A stretch of 56,934 nucleotides of DNA. Origin: Clostridia bacterium (lineage in GTDB: Bacteria; Bacillota; Clostridia; Lachnospirales; Lachnospiraceae). Both the position numbers and the translations under genes were made by a program. Positions within the stretch are counted from its first letter, which is position 1. Every line of letters starts with the position of its first letter. The notes beneath the pieces were generated by a model. It saw only the letters and a program-made list of their open reading frames with translations. It was not told the origin of the DNA and did not search any database. Where the stretch lies: contig JAQYGS010000007.1 of NCBI GenBank assembly GCA_028722515.1, positions 1 through 56,934 of the forward strand. Reading direction: 5' to 3'. This document shows, in pieces, positions 37,303-46,334 of this stretch.

Positions 37303-38580
37303 ATGATAAAGAAAGAAATGATAGCCATGCTATTAGCTGGCGGCCAGGGCAGCAGACTGGGCGTACTTACAGAGAAAGTTGCTAAACCAGCAGTTCCTTT
37401 TGGAGGGAAATATCGTATTATAGATTTTCCATTAAGTAACTGTATTAATTCAGGTATTGACACAGTAGGTGTGTTAACTCAATATCAGCCGCTGAGACTG
37501 AACACTCATATCGGAATCGGTATTCCCTGGGATCTGGACAGAAACGAAGGTGGAGTAACTGTGCTGCCGCCTTATGAGAAGAGTACAAGCAGTGAATGGT
37601 ATACAGGAACGGCCAATGCGATTTTCCAGAATATGGATTACATGGAACAGTATAATCCGGATTATGTCCTGATTCTGTCCGGTGACCATATTTATAAGAT
37701 GGATTATGAGGTAATGCTTGATTTTCATAAAGCAAATAAAGCAGATATCACCATTGCATGTATGCCGGTACCTATGGAAGAGGCAAGCCGTTTTGGAATC
37801 ATGGTGACAGATGATAAGGGAAGAATCACAGAGTTTGAGGAAAAACCGGAACATCCCAGCAGCAATCTGGCATCTATGGGTATCTATATCTTCAGCTGGC
37901 CGGTACTTAAGGAAGCTCTTATGGCATTGAAGAATCAGAACGGATGTGATTTCGGAAAGCATATCCTTCCATACTGTAAGGAAAAGGGAGAACGTCTCTT
38001 TGCTTATGAATATAACGGATACTGGAAAGATGTTGGAACACTGGGCTCCTACTGGGAAGCTAATATGGAGCTTATTGATATTATACCGGAATTCAATCTT
38101 TATGAAGAGTTCTGGAAGATTTACACGAAGGGTGACATTATTCCTCCTCAGTACATATCTGCTGATGCAGTGACGGACAGATGCCTTATCGGTGAAGGAG
38201 CGGAAATATACGGGGAAGTACATAATTCAGTAATAGGTCCTAATGTAGTAATTGGCAAAGGCAGTGTGATCCGTGATTCTATTATCATGCGCAATTCTAC
38301 TATCGGAGAAGATGTTCAGATGAATAAGGCGATTGTTGCCGAGGATGTGATAATTGGTAATCATGTTGTGCTGGGATGCGGTGAAGAGGTGCCTAATGTT
38401 CTGAAGCCTGCAGTCTATGCTTTTGGTATTGCAACCATTGGTGAGCGAAGTGTCATTCCTGATAATGTACGGATTGGAAAGAATACAGCTATTTCCGGTA
38501 TCACAACACCCGAAGATTATCCGGGCGGTGAACTGGCAGGCGGACAGGTAATTACAGCAAAGGACGGTGACAAGGCATGA
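37303..38580 (+). CDS. glgC: Glucose-1-phosphate adenylyltransferase
   Basis: 'LAGGQGSRL', 'AKPAVPFGG', 'GTANA', 'SGDH', 'FEEKP', 'YWKDVG'. Confidence 0.96.
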   Translation: MIKKEMIAMLLAGGQGSRLGVLTEKVAKPAVPFGGKYRIIDFPLSNCINSGIDTVGVLTQYQPLRLNTHIGIGIPWDLDRNEGGVTVLPPYEKSTSSEWYTGTANAIFQNMDYMEQYNPDYVLILSGDHIYKMDYEVMLDFHKANKADITIACMPVPMEEASRFGIMVTDDKGRITEFEEKPEHPSSNLASMGIYIFSWPVLKEALMALKNQNGCDFGKHILPYCKEKGERLFAYEYNGYWKDVGTLGSYWEANMELIDIIPEFNLYEEFWKIYTKGDIIPPQYISADAVTDRCLIGEGAEIYGEVHNSVIGPNVVIGKGSVIRDSIIMRNSTIGEDVQMNKAIVAEDVIIGNHVVLGCGEEVPNVLKPAVYAFGIATIGERSVIPDNVRIGKNTAISGITTPEDYPGGELAGGQVITAKDGDKA

Positions 38581-39695
38581 GAGCGATCGGTATTATTTTG
38601 GCAGGCGGAAACAATAACCGCATGAGAGAATTATCAAATAAAAGAGCAATAGCGGCAATGCCCATTGCAGGAAGCTACAGAAGCATTGATTTTGCACTGA
38701 GCAATATGGCCAGCTCACATATTCAGAAGGTTGCTGTGCTTACACAATATAATGCCCGTTCTTTGAATGAACATTTAAGTTCCTCCAAATGGTGGGACTT
38801 TGGAAGAAAGCAGGGCGGTCTTTATGTATTTACCCCTACTATTACCAAGGATAACAATTTCTGGTATCAGGGAACAGCAGATGCCATTTACCAGAACCTT
38901 CAGTTCCTGAAGAACAGCCATGAACCATATGTTGTAATCGCATCAGGAGACTGCATTTATAAACTGGATTATAATAAAGTGCTGGAATATCATATTGCAA
39001 AGAGAGCCGACGTTACGGTAGTCTGCACAACGTGCAATGATCCTAATGAAATTGAACGTTTTGGTGTAGTCCGTATGAATGAGGATTGCAGAATTGAGGA
39101 ATTTGAAGAGAAACCTATGGTTTCTTCCTATAATACCATTTCCACCGGAATTTATGTTATCCGCAGGAGACAGCTGATCGAGCTTATTGAGAAAGCTGCC
39201 CAGGAGGGACGTCATGATTTTGTAAAAGATATTCTGATCCGTTACAAGAATCTGAAGAGAATCTACGGATATAAGATTGATACATACTGGAGCAACATTT
39301 CCACAGCGGAAGCTTATTATAAAACAAATATGGATTTCCTTCAGCCGCAGATCCGGAACTTCTTCTTCAAACAGGAACCAACCATCAAGACAAAGATCGA
39401 TGATCTGCCTCCGGCAAAATACAACCCTGGCGCACAGGTAAGAAACAGTCTCGTTGCCAGCGGATGTATTATTAACGGCACGGTAGAGAATTCTGTTCTG
39501 TTTAAAGATGTTTTTGTTGGAAATAACTGTGTGATCAAGAACTCGGTTATTCTGAACAATGTATATCTCGGCGATAACACCCACATAGAGAACTGTATTG
39601 TGGAAAGCCGTGATACCATCCGGGCTAATTCCTATTATTGCGGTGAAGGGGAAGTCAAAATAGTAATAGAGAAAAATGAACGGTATGTAATATAA
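38577..39695 (+). CDS. glgD: Glucose-1-phosphate adenylyltransferase subunit GlgD
   Basis: GlgC paralogue with a degenerate catalytic loop; ATGA overlap with glgC. Confidence 0.92.
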   Translation: MRAIGIILAGGNNNRMRELSNKRAIAAMPIAGSYRSIDFALSNMASSHIQKVAVLTQYNARSLNEHLSSSKWWDFGRKQGGLYVFTPTITKDNNFWYQGTADAIYQNLQFLKNSHEPYVVIASGDCIYKLDYNKVLEYHIAKRADVTVVCTTCNDPNEIERFGVVRMNEDCRIEEFEEKPMVSSYNTISTGIYVIRRRQLIELIEKAAQEGRHDFVKDILIRYKNLKRIYGYKIDTYWSNISTAEAYYKTNMDFLQPQIRNFFFKQEPTIKTKIDDLPPAKYNPGAQVRNSLVASGCIINGTVENSVLFKDVFVGNNCVIKNSVILNNVYLGDNTHIENCIVESRDTIRANSYYCGEGEVKIVIEKNERYVI

Positions 39696-39748
39696 AACAT
39701 CGTATAAAAATAAACGGTCATATCAGTGACATGAAAGGAGCATTTATA

Positions 39749-40024
39749 ATGAATATTACAGACGTGCGTGTGAGAAAAGTAACTAAAGAGGGAAAAATGA
39801 AGGCAGTTGTGTCCATTACCATTGATGATGAATTTGTGGTTCACGATATTAAAGTCATTGAAGGCGAAAAGGGCCTTTTTATTGCAATGCCAAGCCGTAA
39901 GGCTACAGACGGCGAATATCGGGATATTGCTCATCCGATCAATTCAGGAACCCGAGACAGAATTCAGAGAATCATTCTTGATAAATACAATGAAGTTATG
40001 GCAGCAGAACCAGAAGAAGCTTGA
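39749..40024 (+). CDS. spoVG: Septation regulator SpoVG
   Basis: 'MNITDVRVR', 'VHDIKVI', 'GLFIAMPSR', 'DIAHPIN'; RBS AAGGAG. Confidence 0.96.
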   Translation: MNITDVRVRKVTKEGKMKAVVSITIDDEFVVHDIKVIEGEKGLFIAMPSRKATDGEYRDIAHPINSGTRDRIQRIILDKYNEVMAAEPEEA

Positions 40025-40042
40025 TCCATACAGGAAAAATTC

Positions 40043-40073
40043 AGCGCTGTTCCCTTTGGGAACGGCGCTTTTT
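40043..40073 (+). terminator. spoVG terminator
   Basis: AGCGCTGTTCCC-ttt-GGGAACGGCGCT followed by a T-run. Confidence 0.85.
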
Positions 40074-40081
40074 ATTTGAAT

Positions 40082-40157
40082 GATGCCAGGGTCAACAAGT
40101 CATAAAACCACTCATGTGCAAGCACAACGTGGTTTATGACCTTTTGACCCTGGCATC
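40082..40157. mobile_element. 76-bp MITE-like element with 14-bp TIRs and a 7-bp target-site duplication
   Basis: TIRs GATGCCAGGGTCAA / TTGACCCTGGCATC; identical flanks TTTGAAT at 40075-40081 and 40158-40164; internally palindromic. Confidence 0.8.
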
Positions 40158-40187
40158 TTTGAATTTATGTATGAAATATGGCTAAAT

Positions 40188-40204
40188 ATTACATACTTAT
40201 TACA
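40188..40204 (-). promoter_or_regulatory. WalR(YycF)-type binding box
   Basis: The minus strand reads TGTAAT-AAGTA-TGTAAT, matching TGTWAH-N5-TGTWAH; it lies upstream of the promoter of a peptidoglycan hydrolase. Confidence 0.7.
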
Positions 40205-40221
40205 AAAATTAATAAAAGGTG

Positions 40222-40249
40222 TTGATTTTTTTACAAAATATGATATACT
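40222..40249 (+). promoter_or_regulatory. Sigma-A promoter with extended -10
   Basis: TTGATT-N16-TATACT with TG upstream of the -10. Confidence 0.6.
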
Positions 40250-40323
40250 TACCTTCATAGTAAAGGGATATGTCTGCTGACGCAGACATCACCATAAATC
40301 AAAGATGAAAGGTAATATATTCA

Positions 40324-41532
40324 ATGAAGAAAAAAATTATTTCACTATTGCTTGCAGGTATACTTACTTTTTCTATGGGAACCACAGCATTTGCAACAGA
40401 AGATGAAATAGCATATATTCAGGCACAGAAGCAGGAAGCACAGGCCGGTCTGGCACAGACACAGGCGAATATTTCTGATCTTGAGAATAAGAAGCAGGAG
40501 CTGGACAGTTATCTTTCAGATCTGGAAGTGCAGTATCAGGAGTTGACTGACAGCATATCTGATCTTGGCATTCAGGCCGGAGAGAAAGAAAATCAACTGA
40601 AAAAAATCCAGAAAGAATTAAAAAATGCCGGTAAGGCTCTGGCAAATCAGCATGATGCCATGAAGACCAGAATTAAGTATATGTATGAGAAAGGTGGTAC
40701 TTCCGTACTTGAGACTTTGCTTTCCTCTGCAAATCTGGCTGACTTCATAAACACTGCAGATCAGTTTTCAAGTGTGGCTCTTTATGACAGAAAAATGTTA
40801 AATAAATATGAGAAGCTTCAGAAGACTATTCAAGAGAAAGAAGCCCAGGCACAGGAGGAAAAGGAATCCATAGATAATCTGCTGGCAGAGCGCTCAGCTA
40901 AACAGCAGGAAATCCAGGAACTGGTGGACGCAACCCAAGCAGATATTTCTTCGTATGTGAATCAGATCAGCGCAAGCCAGGAAGAGGCAGAAGCACTGAT
41001 CAGCCAGATATCCAGTGCAGATAATGATATAGCATTTCTTATGCAGCAGGCCGAGGAGGAAGCAGCACAGGAAGCTTATGCGCAGCAGGATGAAGATACA
41101 ATTCAGGAAGATACACAGGAAACATATTCAGAGCAGGATACAGAAGAAAGTTATGAGGAAGAGGTTCCCGAAGTGGAAGTCTCCGAAGAAGATTCCAGCC
41201 AGGCTTCCCAGGATGCAGAGAGTTCAGAGGAAGGCCAGGCAGGTTCAGGGCAGGGCACTTATCTTGGCAAATTTACCCTGACAGCTTATTGTAACTGTGC
41301 ACAGTGCTGTGGAACTGCCGGTAATCTTACGGCAAGCGGAACTGTCCCGGCAGCAGGACGTACTGTGGCAATGGCAGGGGTGCCTTTTGGAACTCAGCTT
41401 CTGATCAATGGAAATGTATATACAGTAGAAGATCTGGGAACACCTTATGGCCATGTAGATATTTTCTTTGATAATCATTCGGATGCTTTAAGTTTTGGCC
41501 TTCAGACGGCAGAGGTCTACCGTCTGAACTAG
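40324..41532 (+). CDS. Secreted coiled-coil (PcsB/CwlO-like) plus 3D-domain peptidoglycan hydrolase
   Basis: Signal peptide (AFA|TE); long coiled coil with 'RIKYMYEKG...LETLLSS'; acidic linker; 3D domain 'TAY...TASG...VEDLG...VDIFFD'. Confidence 0.88.
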   Translation: MKKKIISLLLAGILTFSMGTTAFATEDEIAYIQAQKQEAQAGLAQTQANISDLENKKQELDSYLSDLEVQYQELTDSISDLGIQAGEKENQLKKIQKELKNAGKALANQHDAMKTRIKYMYEKGGTSVLETLLSSANLADFINTADQFSSVALYDRKMLNKYEKLQKTIQEKEAQAQEEKESIDNLLAERSAKQQEIQELVDATQADISSYVNQISASQEEAEALISQISSADNDIAFLMQQAEEEAAQEAYAQQDEDTIQEDTQETYSEQDTEESYEEEVPEVEVSEEDSSQASQDAESSEEGQAGSGQGTYLGKFTLTAYCNCAQCCGTAGNLTASGTVPAAGRTVAMAGVPFGTQLLINGNVYTVEDLGTPYGHVDIFFDNHSDALSFGLQTAEVYRLN

Positions 41533-41547
41533 TACAGCAAAAAGGCT

Positions 41548-42492
41548 TTAATTCAGATTAGGAGCGCAGATTGGCCGATACCAGTACCCGCCTCGCATCC
41601 GGGGCAGTTCTATGGAGGTACTTTCTTTAAAGTATGGAAAACCGAACATATTGGCCATGAAACGTTCCTGCTGATTATACCCTCCGGGGATTCCCAGAAA
41701 ATACTGTCCATTGCTTCTCAATCCCAGAAACAGATGGCCGAAATTATAATATCCGTATTGAAGAAAACGATTGTTCTGAAGAAAATTGCACTGTTTGGGA
41801 AAATATATCAGATCCCTGGGGTGAATTTTCCATGAGGTGATAAATTCCCCATCACTAAATGGATAGAATTCTTCACCAAAAGGCAATGAAACCGGAGCAT
41901 CATCAGATAGATCATCTGTACTTTGCTGCTTTAACAGATCTGCTTCATCAGGTTTTTCCGGAATCGGATCTGCTTCTTCTTTTATATTCTCTTCAGTATC
42001 AGGCTGTTTCTGTATCGTATTGTTTTCAGATTCCTCAGGTATTTCTTTTTGAACAGGGACCGGTCCTTTTTCTGTTTTTTCAGGAACAGGCGGGGAAGGT
42101 TTAAATTCCTGAAAGTTTTCCGGACGGACAGGCATATCATCCCATTCGGTTCCAAAGAAACTGCCTGACTGAGTGATCAGTATGATTCCTCCCATTTGTC
42201 CAAAAGAAATGCCGGAATTACTCATGTTAAGAGAATTGCTTTCTATAAGACAGTTTACGGAATTGGTTTTTGTTTTACATGAGCCAAGATGAATCCCGTT
42301 TATCAGTCCATCTTTACGGATAAATCCATAAACATCGCATGGAATATCAGGAAGAATTCCCGGGCAGTTCAGGTGTACCTCCACAGTGCAGCGCTGTTCT
42401 TTCACTTCAACTTTAATGAAACCGCAGTTACGGCTTTTCTTTCCTTTGCTGTATTCATATACATATGCGATAAAACGCCGGTATCCGGACAA
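41548..42492 (-). CDS. Conserved hypothetical protein (DUF6128-like)
   Basis: 314 aa, TTG start; 'NCGFIKVE' N-domain, low-complexity linker, C-domain 'NNRFLQYGYYNFGHL...GIPG...A.MFGF..F...GYW'. Confidence 0.7.
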   Translation of the reverse strand: MSGYRRFIAYVYEYSKGKKSRNCGFIKVEVKEQRCTVEVHLNCPGILPDIPCDVYGFIRKDGLINGIHLGSCKTKTNSVNCLIESNSLNMSNSGISFGQMGGIILITQSGSFFGTEWDDMPVRPENFQEFKPSPPVPEKTEKGPVPVQKEIPEESENNTIQKQPDTEENIKEEADPIPEKPDEADLLKQQSTDDLSDDAPVSLPFGEEFYPFSDGEFITSWKIHPRDLIYFPKQCNFLQNNRFLQYGYYNFGHLFLGLRSNGQYFLGIPGGYNQQERFMANMFGFPYFKESTSIELPRMRGGYWYRPICAPNLN

Positions 42493-42571
42493 AAAAATAC
42501 CCCCGTAATTTTTAATTCAATAATGTATATGAATCCTGGGAAAAAATATTCAGGAAGAAAATAAAAAAAGA

Positions 42572-42600
42572 TTGACAAATGATGGGTTCTTTAATATAAT
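42572..42600 (+). promoter_or_regulatory. Consensus sigma-A promoter of tRNA-Pro
   Basis: TTGACA-N17-TATAAT. Confidence 0.9.
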
Positions 42601-42613
42601 AATGTTTGCATTG

Positions 42614-42687
42614 CGAAGCGTGGCTCAGTTTGGTAGAGCGCTGCGTTCGGGACGCAGAGGTCGTGGGTTCGAATCCCGTCGCTTCGA
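42614..42687 (+). tRNA. tRNA-Pro(CGG)
   Basis: Acceptor CGAAGCG/CGCTTCG, D-arm GCTC/GAGC, anticodon arm CTGCG-TT CGG GA-CGCAG, T-loop TTCGAAT; CCA is not encoded. Confidence 0.97.
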
Positions 42688-42695
42688 CTGTATAT

Positions 42696-42729
42696 GTGCC
42701 GGAAACCTGATGGTTTCCGGCATATTTTA
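42696..42729 (+). terminator. tRNA-Pro terminator
   Basis: TGCCGGAAACC-tgat-GGTTTCCGGCA followed by TATTTT. Confidence 0.8.
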
Positions 42730-42828
42730 TGTCATAGGAAAGTACTCCATATTGTTCTATGAAGATTTCGAATTCCTATGATATAAAAATGGAATTTTAT
42801 ATGTGATCGCAGACAGGGAGACAAAAGG

Positions 42829-43350
42829 GTGACAGAGCAGGAAAAGTTTATGAAAGAGGCCATCCGTCAGGCAAAAAAAGCGGAAGCACTGGAAGAGGTG
42901 CCCATTGGGTGCGTAATTGTATGTGACGGAAAAATAATTGCAAGAGGTTATAACAGAAGAAACACCGATAAAAACACTTTATCCCATGCAGAAATGATTG
43001 CTATCAGGAAAGCATGCAGGAAACTTGGTGACTGGAGACTGGAAGGCTGTACCATGTATGTTACACTGGAACCATGCCAGATGTGTGCGGGCGCCCTTGT
43101 GCAGTCAAGAATAGATGAGGTTGTGATAGGATGTATGAATGCAAAGGCAGGATGTGCAGGCTCAGTTATGAATATTCTGCAGGTTGATACTTTTAATCAT
43201 CAGGTTAAAATAACACAGGGCGTCCTGCAGGATGAATGCTCTGCTCTGATCTCAGATTTTTTCAAAAGACTGCGGGAAAAGAAAAAGGCTGAAAAAGCTT
43301 TGTTTAAGCTGCAGTCTAAGGGGGAAGAAAATGAAAAAAGAAACAATTAA
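42829..43350 (+). CDS. tadA: tRNA adenosine(34) deaminase
   Basis: 'EVPIG', 'HAE', 'TLEPCQMC'; near ffs-dnaX as in other Firmicutes. Confidence 0.94.
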   Translation: MTEQEKFMKEAIRQAKKAEALEEVPIGCVIVCDGKIIARGYNRRNTDKNTLSHAEMIAIRKACRKLGDWRLEGCTMYVTLEPCQMCAGALVQSRIDEVVIGCMNAKAGCAGSVMNILQVDTFNHQVKITQGVLQDECSALISDFFKRLREKKKAEKALFKLQSKGEENEKRNN

Positions 43351-44698
43351 TGATATGACAGTGGGAAAACCTGTGAACCTCATTCTTCAGTTTATGCTCC
43401 CTGTATGTCTTGGAAATCTTTTTCAGCAGTTTTATAATGTGGCAGACTCTGTGATTGCCGGGCAGTTTATTGGAGTAAATGCTCTGGCTGCTGTGGGAAG
43501 TACGGGTTCACTTATGTTCTTTGTTACAGGCTGGCTGAATGGTCTCAGCAGTGGTTTTGCTATTATTGTTTCCCAGATGTTTGGGGCAAAGAAATATGAC
43601 AGAATGCGTCATTATGTTGCCATGTCTGTCTATCTTATGGCTTTTTTTGCAATTATTATGACTATAGGATTCAGTATTGCCAATGTACCCATTCTTCATC
43701 TGATGAACTCTCCAGAAGAAGTTTTCCATGAAGTAACCGCATATATGGAAATTATCTATACGGGACTGATCGTAACAGCAGCCTACAATTCTCTGGCTGC
43801 ATTTTTGAGAGCTTTGGGTGACTCCCGGTCACCTCTTTATTTCCTTATCATTTCCGCAGTGATCAATGTGGTTCTTGATATAGTTTTTATCATTTCCTTT
43901 GGAATGGGAGTGGAAGGATGTGCCTGGGCAACTGTGATCGCACAGGGCATTTCGGCAGTGTGCTGTCTGGTGTATATTATCAAAAAATTTCCAATCCTTC
44001 ATCTGAAAAAGGGGGATTTCAGAATATCTTTTAAAAGCTTCGGACGCCTTTTGAACCTTGGAATTCCTATGGGACTTCAGTTTTCCATTACGGCAATCGG
44101 AACTATTATCGTGCAGAGTGCTGTGAATGTGTATGGGCCTGTGTATATGGCCGGGTTTTCGGCGGCTGGAAAAGTTCAGAATATTTTTGGAACTGTTTTT
44201 GTGGCATTTGGCGCGACCATAGCAACATATGTTGGGCAGAATCGTGGAGCAGGGAGAATGGACAGGGTAAAACAGGGGGTATTCTGTACTCAGGTCATGA
44301 TCTTTATTTGGAGCGCAGCAGTTATGATCATGATGTTCTTTTTTGGAAAATATCTTGTCTATCTGTTCGTGAAATCATCGGAAACAGATGTGATCCAGGT
44401 TTCAGTTACATACTTTAGAGCTGTTTTCTGGGCATATCCGTTTCTTGGAAGCATTTTTCTGTACAGAAACACCCTGCAGGGGATGGGATATGGACTTGTG
44501 CCCATGCTTGGAGGTGTGTTTGAGCTTGTGGCAAGAACTGCCATCGTACTGACGGTGGCAGGCAGAACCTCGTTTAAAGGAGTATGCTATGCAGATCCTG
44601 CAGCCTGGATCGCAGCTCTTGTTCCGCTGGTTCCCTATTATATGCACGTGATGAAGAAATACAAAAATGTTGGCAAAACAAAAGCTCTGACTGAGTAA
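43331..44698 (+). CDS. MATE family efflux transporter
   Basis: About 12 TM helices; 'NLFQQFYNVAD', 'RALGDSRSPL', 'GQNRGA'. Confidence 0.93.
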   Translation: MKKETINDMTVGKPVNLILQFMLPVCLGNLFQQFYNVADSVIAGQFIGVNALAAVGSTGSLMFFVTGWLNGLSSGFAIIVSQMFGAKKYDRMRHYVAMSVYLMAFFAIIMTIGFSIANVPILHLMNSPEEVFHEVTAYMEIIYTGLIVTAAYNSLAAFLRALGDSRSPLYFLIISAVINVVLDIVFIISFGMGVEGCAWATVIAQGISAVCCLVYIIKKFPILHLKKGDFRISFKSFGRLLNLGIPMGLQFSITAIGTIIVQSAVNVYGPVYMAGFSAAGKVQNIFGTVFVAFGATIATYVGQNRGAGRMDRVKQGVFCTQVMIFIWSAAVMIMMFFFGKYLVYLFVKSSETDVIQVSVTYFRAVFWAYPFLGSIFLYRNTLQGMGYGLVPMLGGVFELVARTAIVLTVAGRTSFKGVCYADPAAWIAALVPLVPYYMHVMKKYKNVGKTKALTE

Positions 44699-44711
44699 TA
44701 AAATGTAATAA

Positions 44712-44752
44712 AAAAAGTAACATTAATCTCTGGAGGATGAATGTTACTTTTT
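44712..44752. terminator. Bidirectional terminator between the MATE gene and ffs
   Basis: AAAAAGTAACATT...AATGTTACTTTTT inverted repeat. Confidence 0.65.
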
Positions 44753-44772
44753 GCGTTTACTCATATTTATTT

Positions 44773-45033
44773 CGCGCGCCGCACTTCGGAATGGTCCCAT
44801 AGACGTTACCTCTACAGTTAACTCAGCTCAGGCACCCTTACGGCACACAGAAGGTTCTGCTTAGTGCTGCTGCATTCCTGCCCTGACACGGTTCACAGAT
44901 TCCTGTTGCGTAAGACCCAAACGTCAACGCCACTTATAAAGGGCAGCTCCACAGGAGACAAGCCTCGGATTGGCATCACCCCTGCTGTAGCGGATTGCAG
45001 GTACAGGGCACCGCTATCTCCCCGGCTGCGCGG
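44773..45033 (-). ncRNA. ffs: Large (Bacillus/Clostridium-type) signal recognition particle RNA
   Basis: The minus strand has the Alu domain 'GGGGAGATAGCGGTGCCCTGTACCTGCAATCCGCTACAGCAGGG' and helix 8 'GTCAGGGCAGGAATGCAGCAGC'; the 5' and 3' ends pair; about 261 nt. Confidence 0.95.
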
Positions 45034-45039
45034 ATTTTT

Positions 45040-45068
45040 ATTATAAATGTTTTTGGTGTATTTGTCAA
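45040..45068 (-). promoter_or_regulatory. Consensus sigma-A promoter of ffs
   Basis: Minus strand TTGACA-N17-TATAAT ending about 7 nt before the RNA 5' end. Confidence 0.9.
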
Positions 45069-45191
45069 TAGTTCCTGACCCCATTTGTGAAAGTTACAGA
45101 ACGGTATTGTATGAAAAACGGAAATATTATATAATATGAAAAACAAATGCTGTCATCTGATAAAGTTGATACAGAAATGGAGGGTACTATC

Positions 45192-46274
45192 ATGATTAAA
45201 AGAATAGGTATGCTGACCAGCGGCGGAGATTGTCAGGCTTTGAATGCTACAATGCGCGGTGTTGTAAAAGGGCTGACCAATAATGTGGACGAGCTGGAAG
45301 TTTATGGATTCGATGATGGATATAAAGGGCTTATATATGGAAAATACCGTATGCTCACATCCAAAGATTTTTCCGGAATCCTTACACAGGGTGGAACGAT
45401 TCTGGGTACGTCCAGACAGCCGTTTAAAATGATGAGAGTTCCGGATGAGAACGGCCTTGATAAGGTGGAGGCAATGAAGCAGACATATTATAAACTTTGC
45501 CTTGACTGCCTGGTTATCCTTGGAGGAAATGGCACACAGAAGACAGCCAATCTTCTTCGCCAGGAAGGACTGAACATTATTCATCTTCCCAAAACTATTG
45601 ATAACGATATATATGGAACTGATATGACCTTCGGCTTCCAGAGTGCTGTGAATATTGCCACAAATGCCATTGACTGTATTCATACTACGGCATCCTCCCA
45701 TGGACGTGTGTTTATTGTAGAAATTATGGGACATAAAGTAGGATGCCTTACACTCCATGCCGGAGTGGCAGGAGGAGCAGATATTATCCTTATTCCGGAA
45801 ATTCCATACGATATTAAGAAAGTAACAGAAGCAATCCGGAAACGTGCCAAAGCAGGCAAGCGTTTCACAATTCTTGCAGTTGCAGAAGGCGCTATTTCCA
45901 AAGAGGACGCAGAGCTGCCCAAGAAGAAATATAAGGAAAAACTGGAAGCAAGAGCTAAAAAATATCCTTCCGTTTCCTACGAGATCGCAGATCAGATCAA
46001 TCAGGAACTGGGCTGCGAAGTGCGTGTTACAGTTCCGGGTCATACGCAGAGAGGTGGCGAACCCTGTCCTTATGATCGTGTTCTTTCAACCAGAATCGGA
46101 GCTGCAGCAGCTCAGGCAATTATGGACGGAGCATATGGCATCATGATTGGTATTGTAAATGGCAAGATCAAAAGAGTACCTCTGGAAGAATGCGCAGGCA
46201 AGCTGAAGATGGTTTCACCTAAGGATCAGACAGTGCTTGCAGCTAAACAGATTGGAATCAGTTTTGGAGATTAA
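45192..46274 (+). CDS. pfkA: 6-phosphofructokinase (group III-like)
   Basis: 'TSGGD', 'GGTILGTSR', 'GGNGT', 'PKTIDND', 'GHTQRGG'; RBS GGAGG. Confidence 0.9.
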   Translation: MIKRIGMLTSGGDCQALNATMRGVVKGLTNNVDELEVYGFDDGYKGLIYGKYRMLTSKDFSGILTQGGTILGTSRQPFKMMRVPDENGLDKVEAMKQTYYKLCLDCLVILGGNGTQKTANLLRQEGLNIIHLPKTIDNDIYGTDMTFGFQSAVNIATNAIDCIHTTASSHGRVFIVEIMGHKVGCLTLHAGVAGGADIILIPEIPYDIKKVTEAIRKRAKAGKRFTILAVAEGAISKEDAELPKKKYKEKLEARAKKYPSVSYEIADQINQELGCEVRVTVPGHTQRGGEPCPYDRVLSTRIGAAAAQAIMDGAYGIMIGIVNGKIKRVPLEECAGKLKMVSPKDQTVLAAKQIGISFGD

Positions 46275-46334
46275 AAAATGTACGCCGCGGAGATTTCTCT
46301 GCGGCGGCTGTAATGATAAGATAGGAGTTTGTTC

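Noticed and set aside
42572-42781. 69-aa ORF over the tRNA region
   Set aside because: It overlaps tRNA-Pro with its promoter and terminator; spurious.
44864-45084. Short ORFs at 44864-45046 (+) and 44893-45084 (-)
   Set aside because: They overlap the SRP RNA gene.
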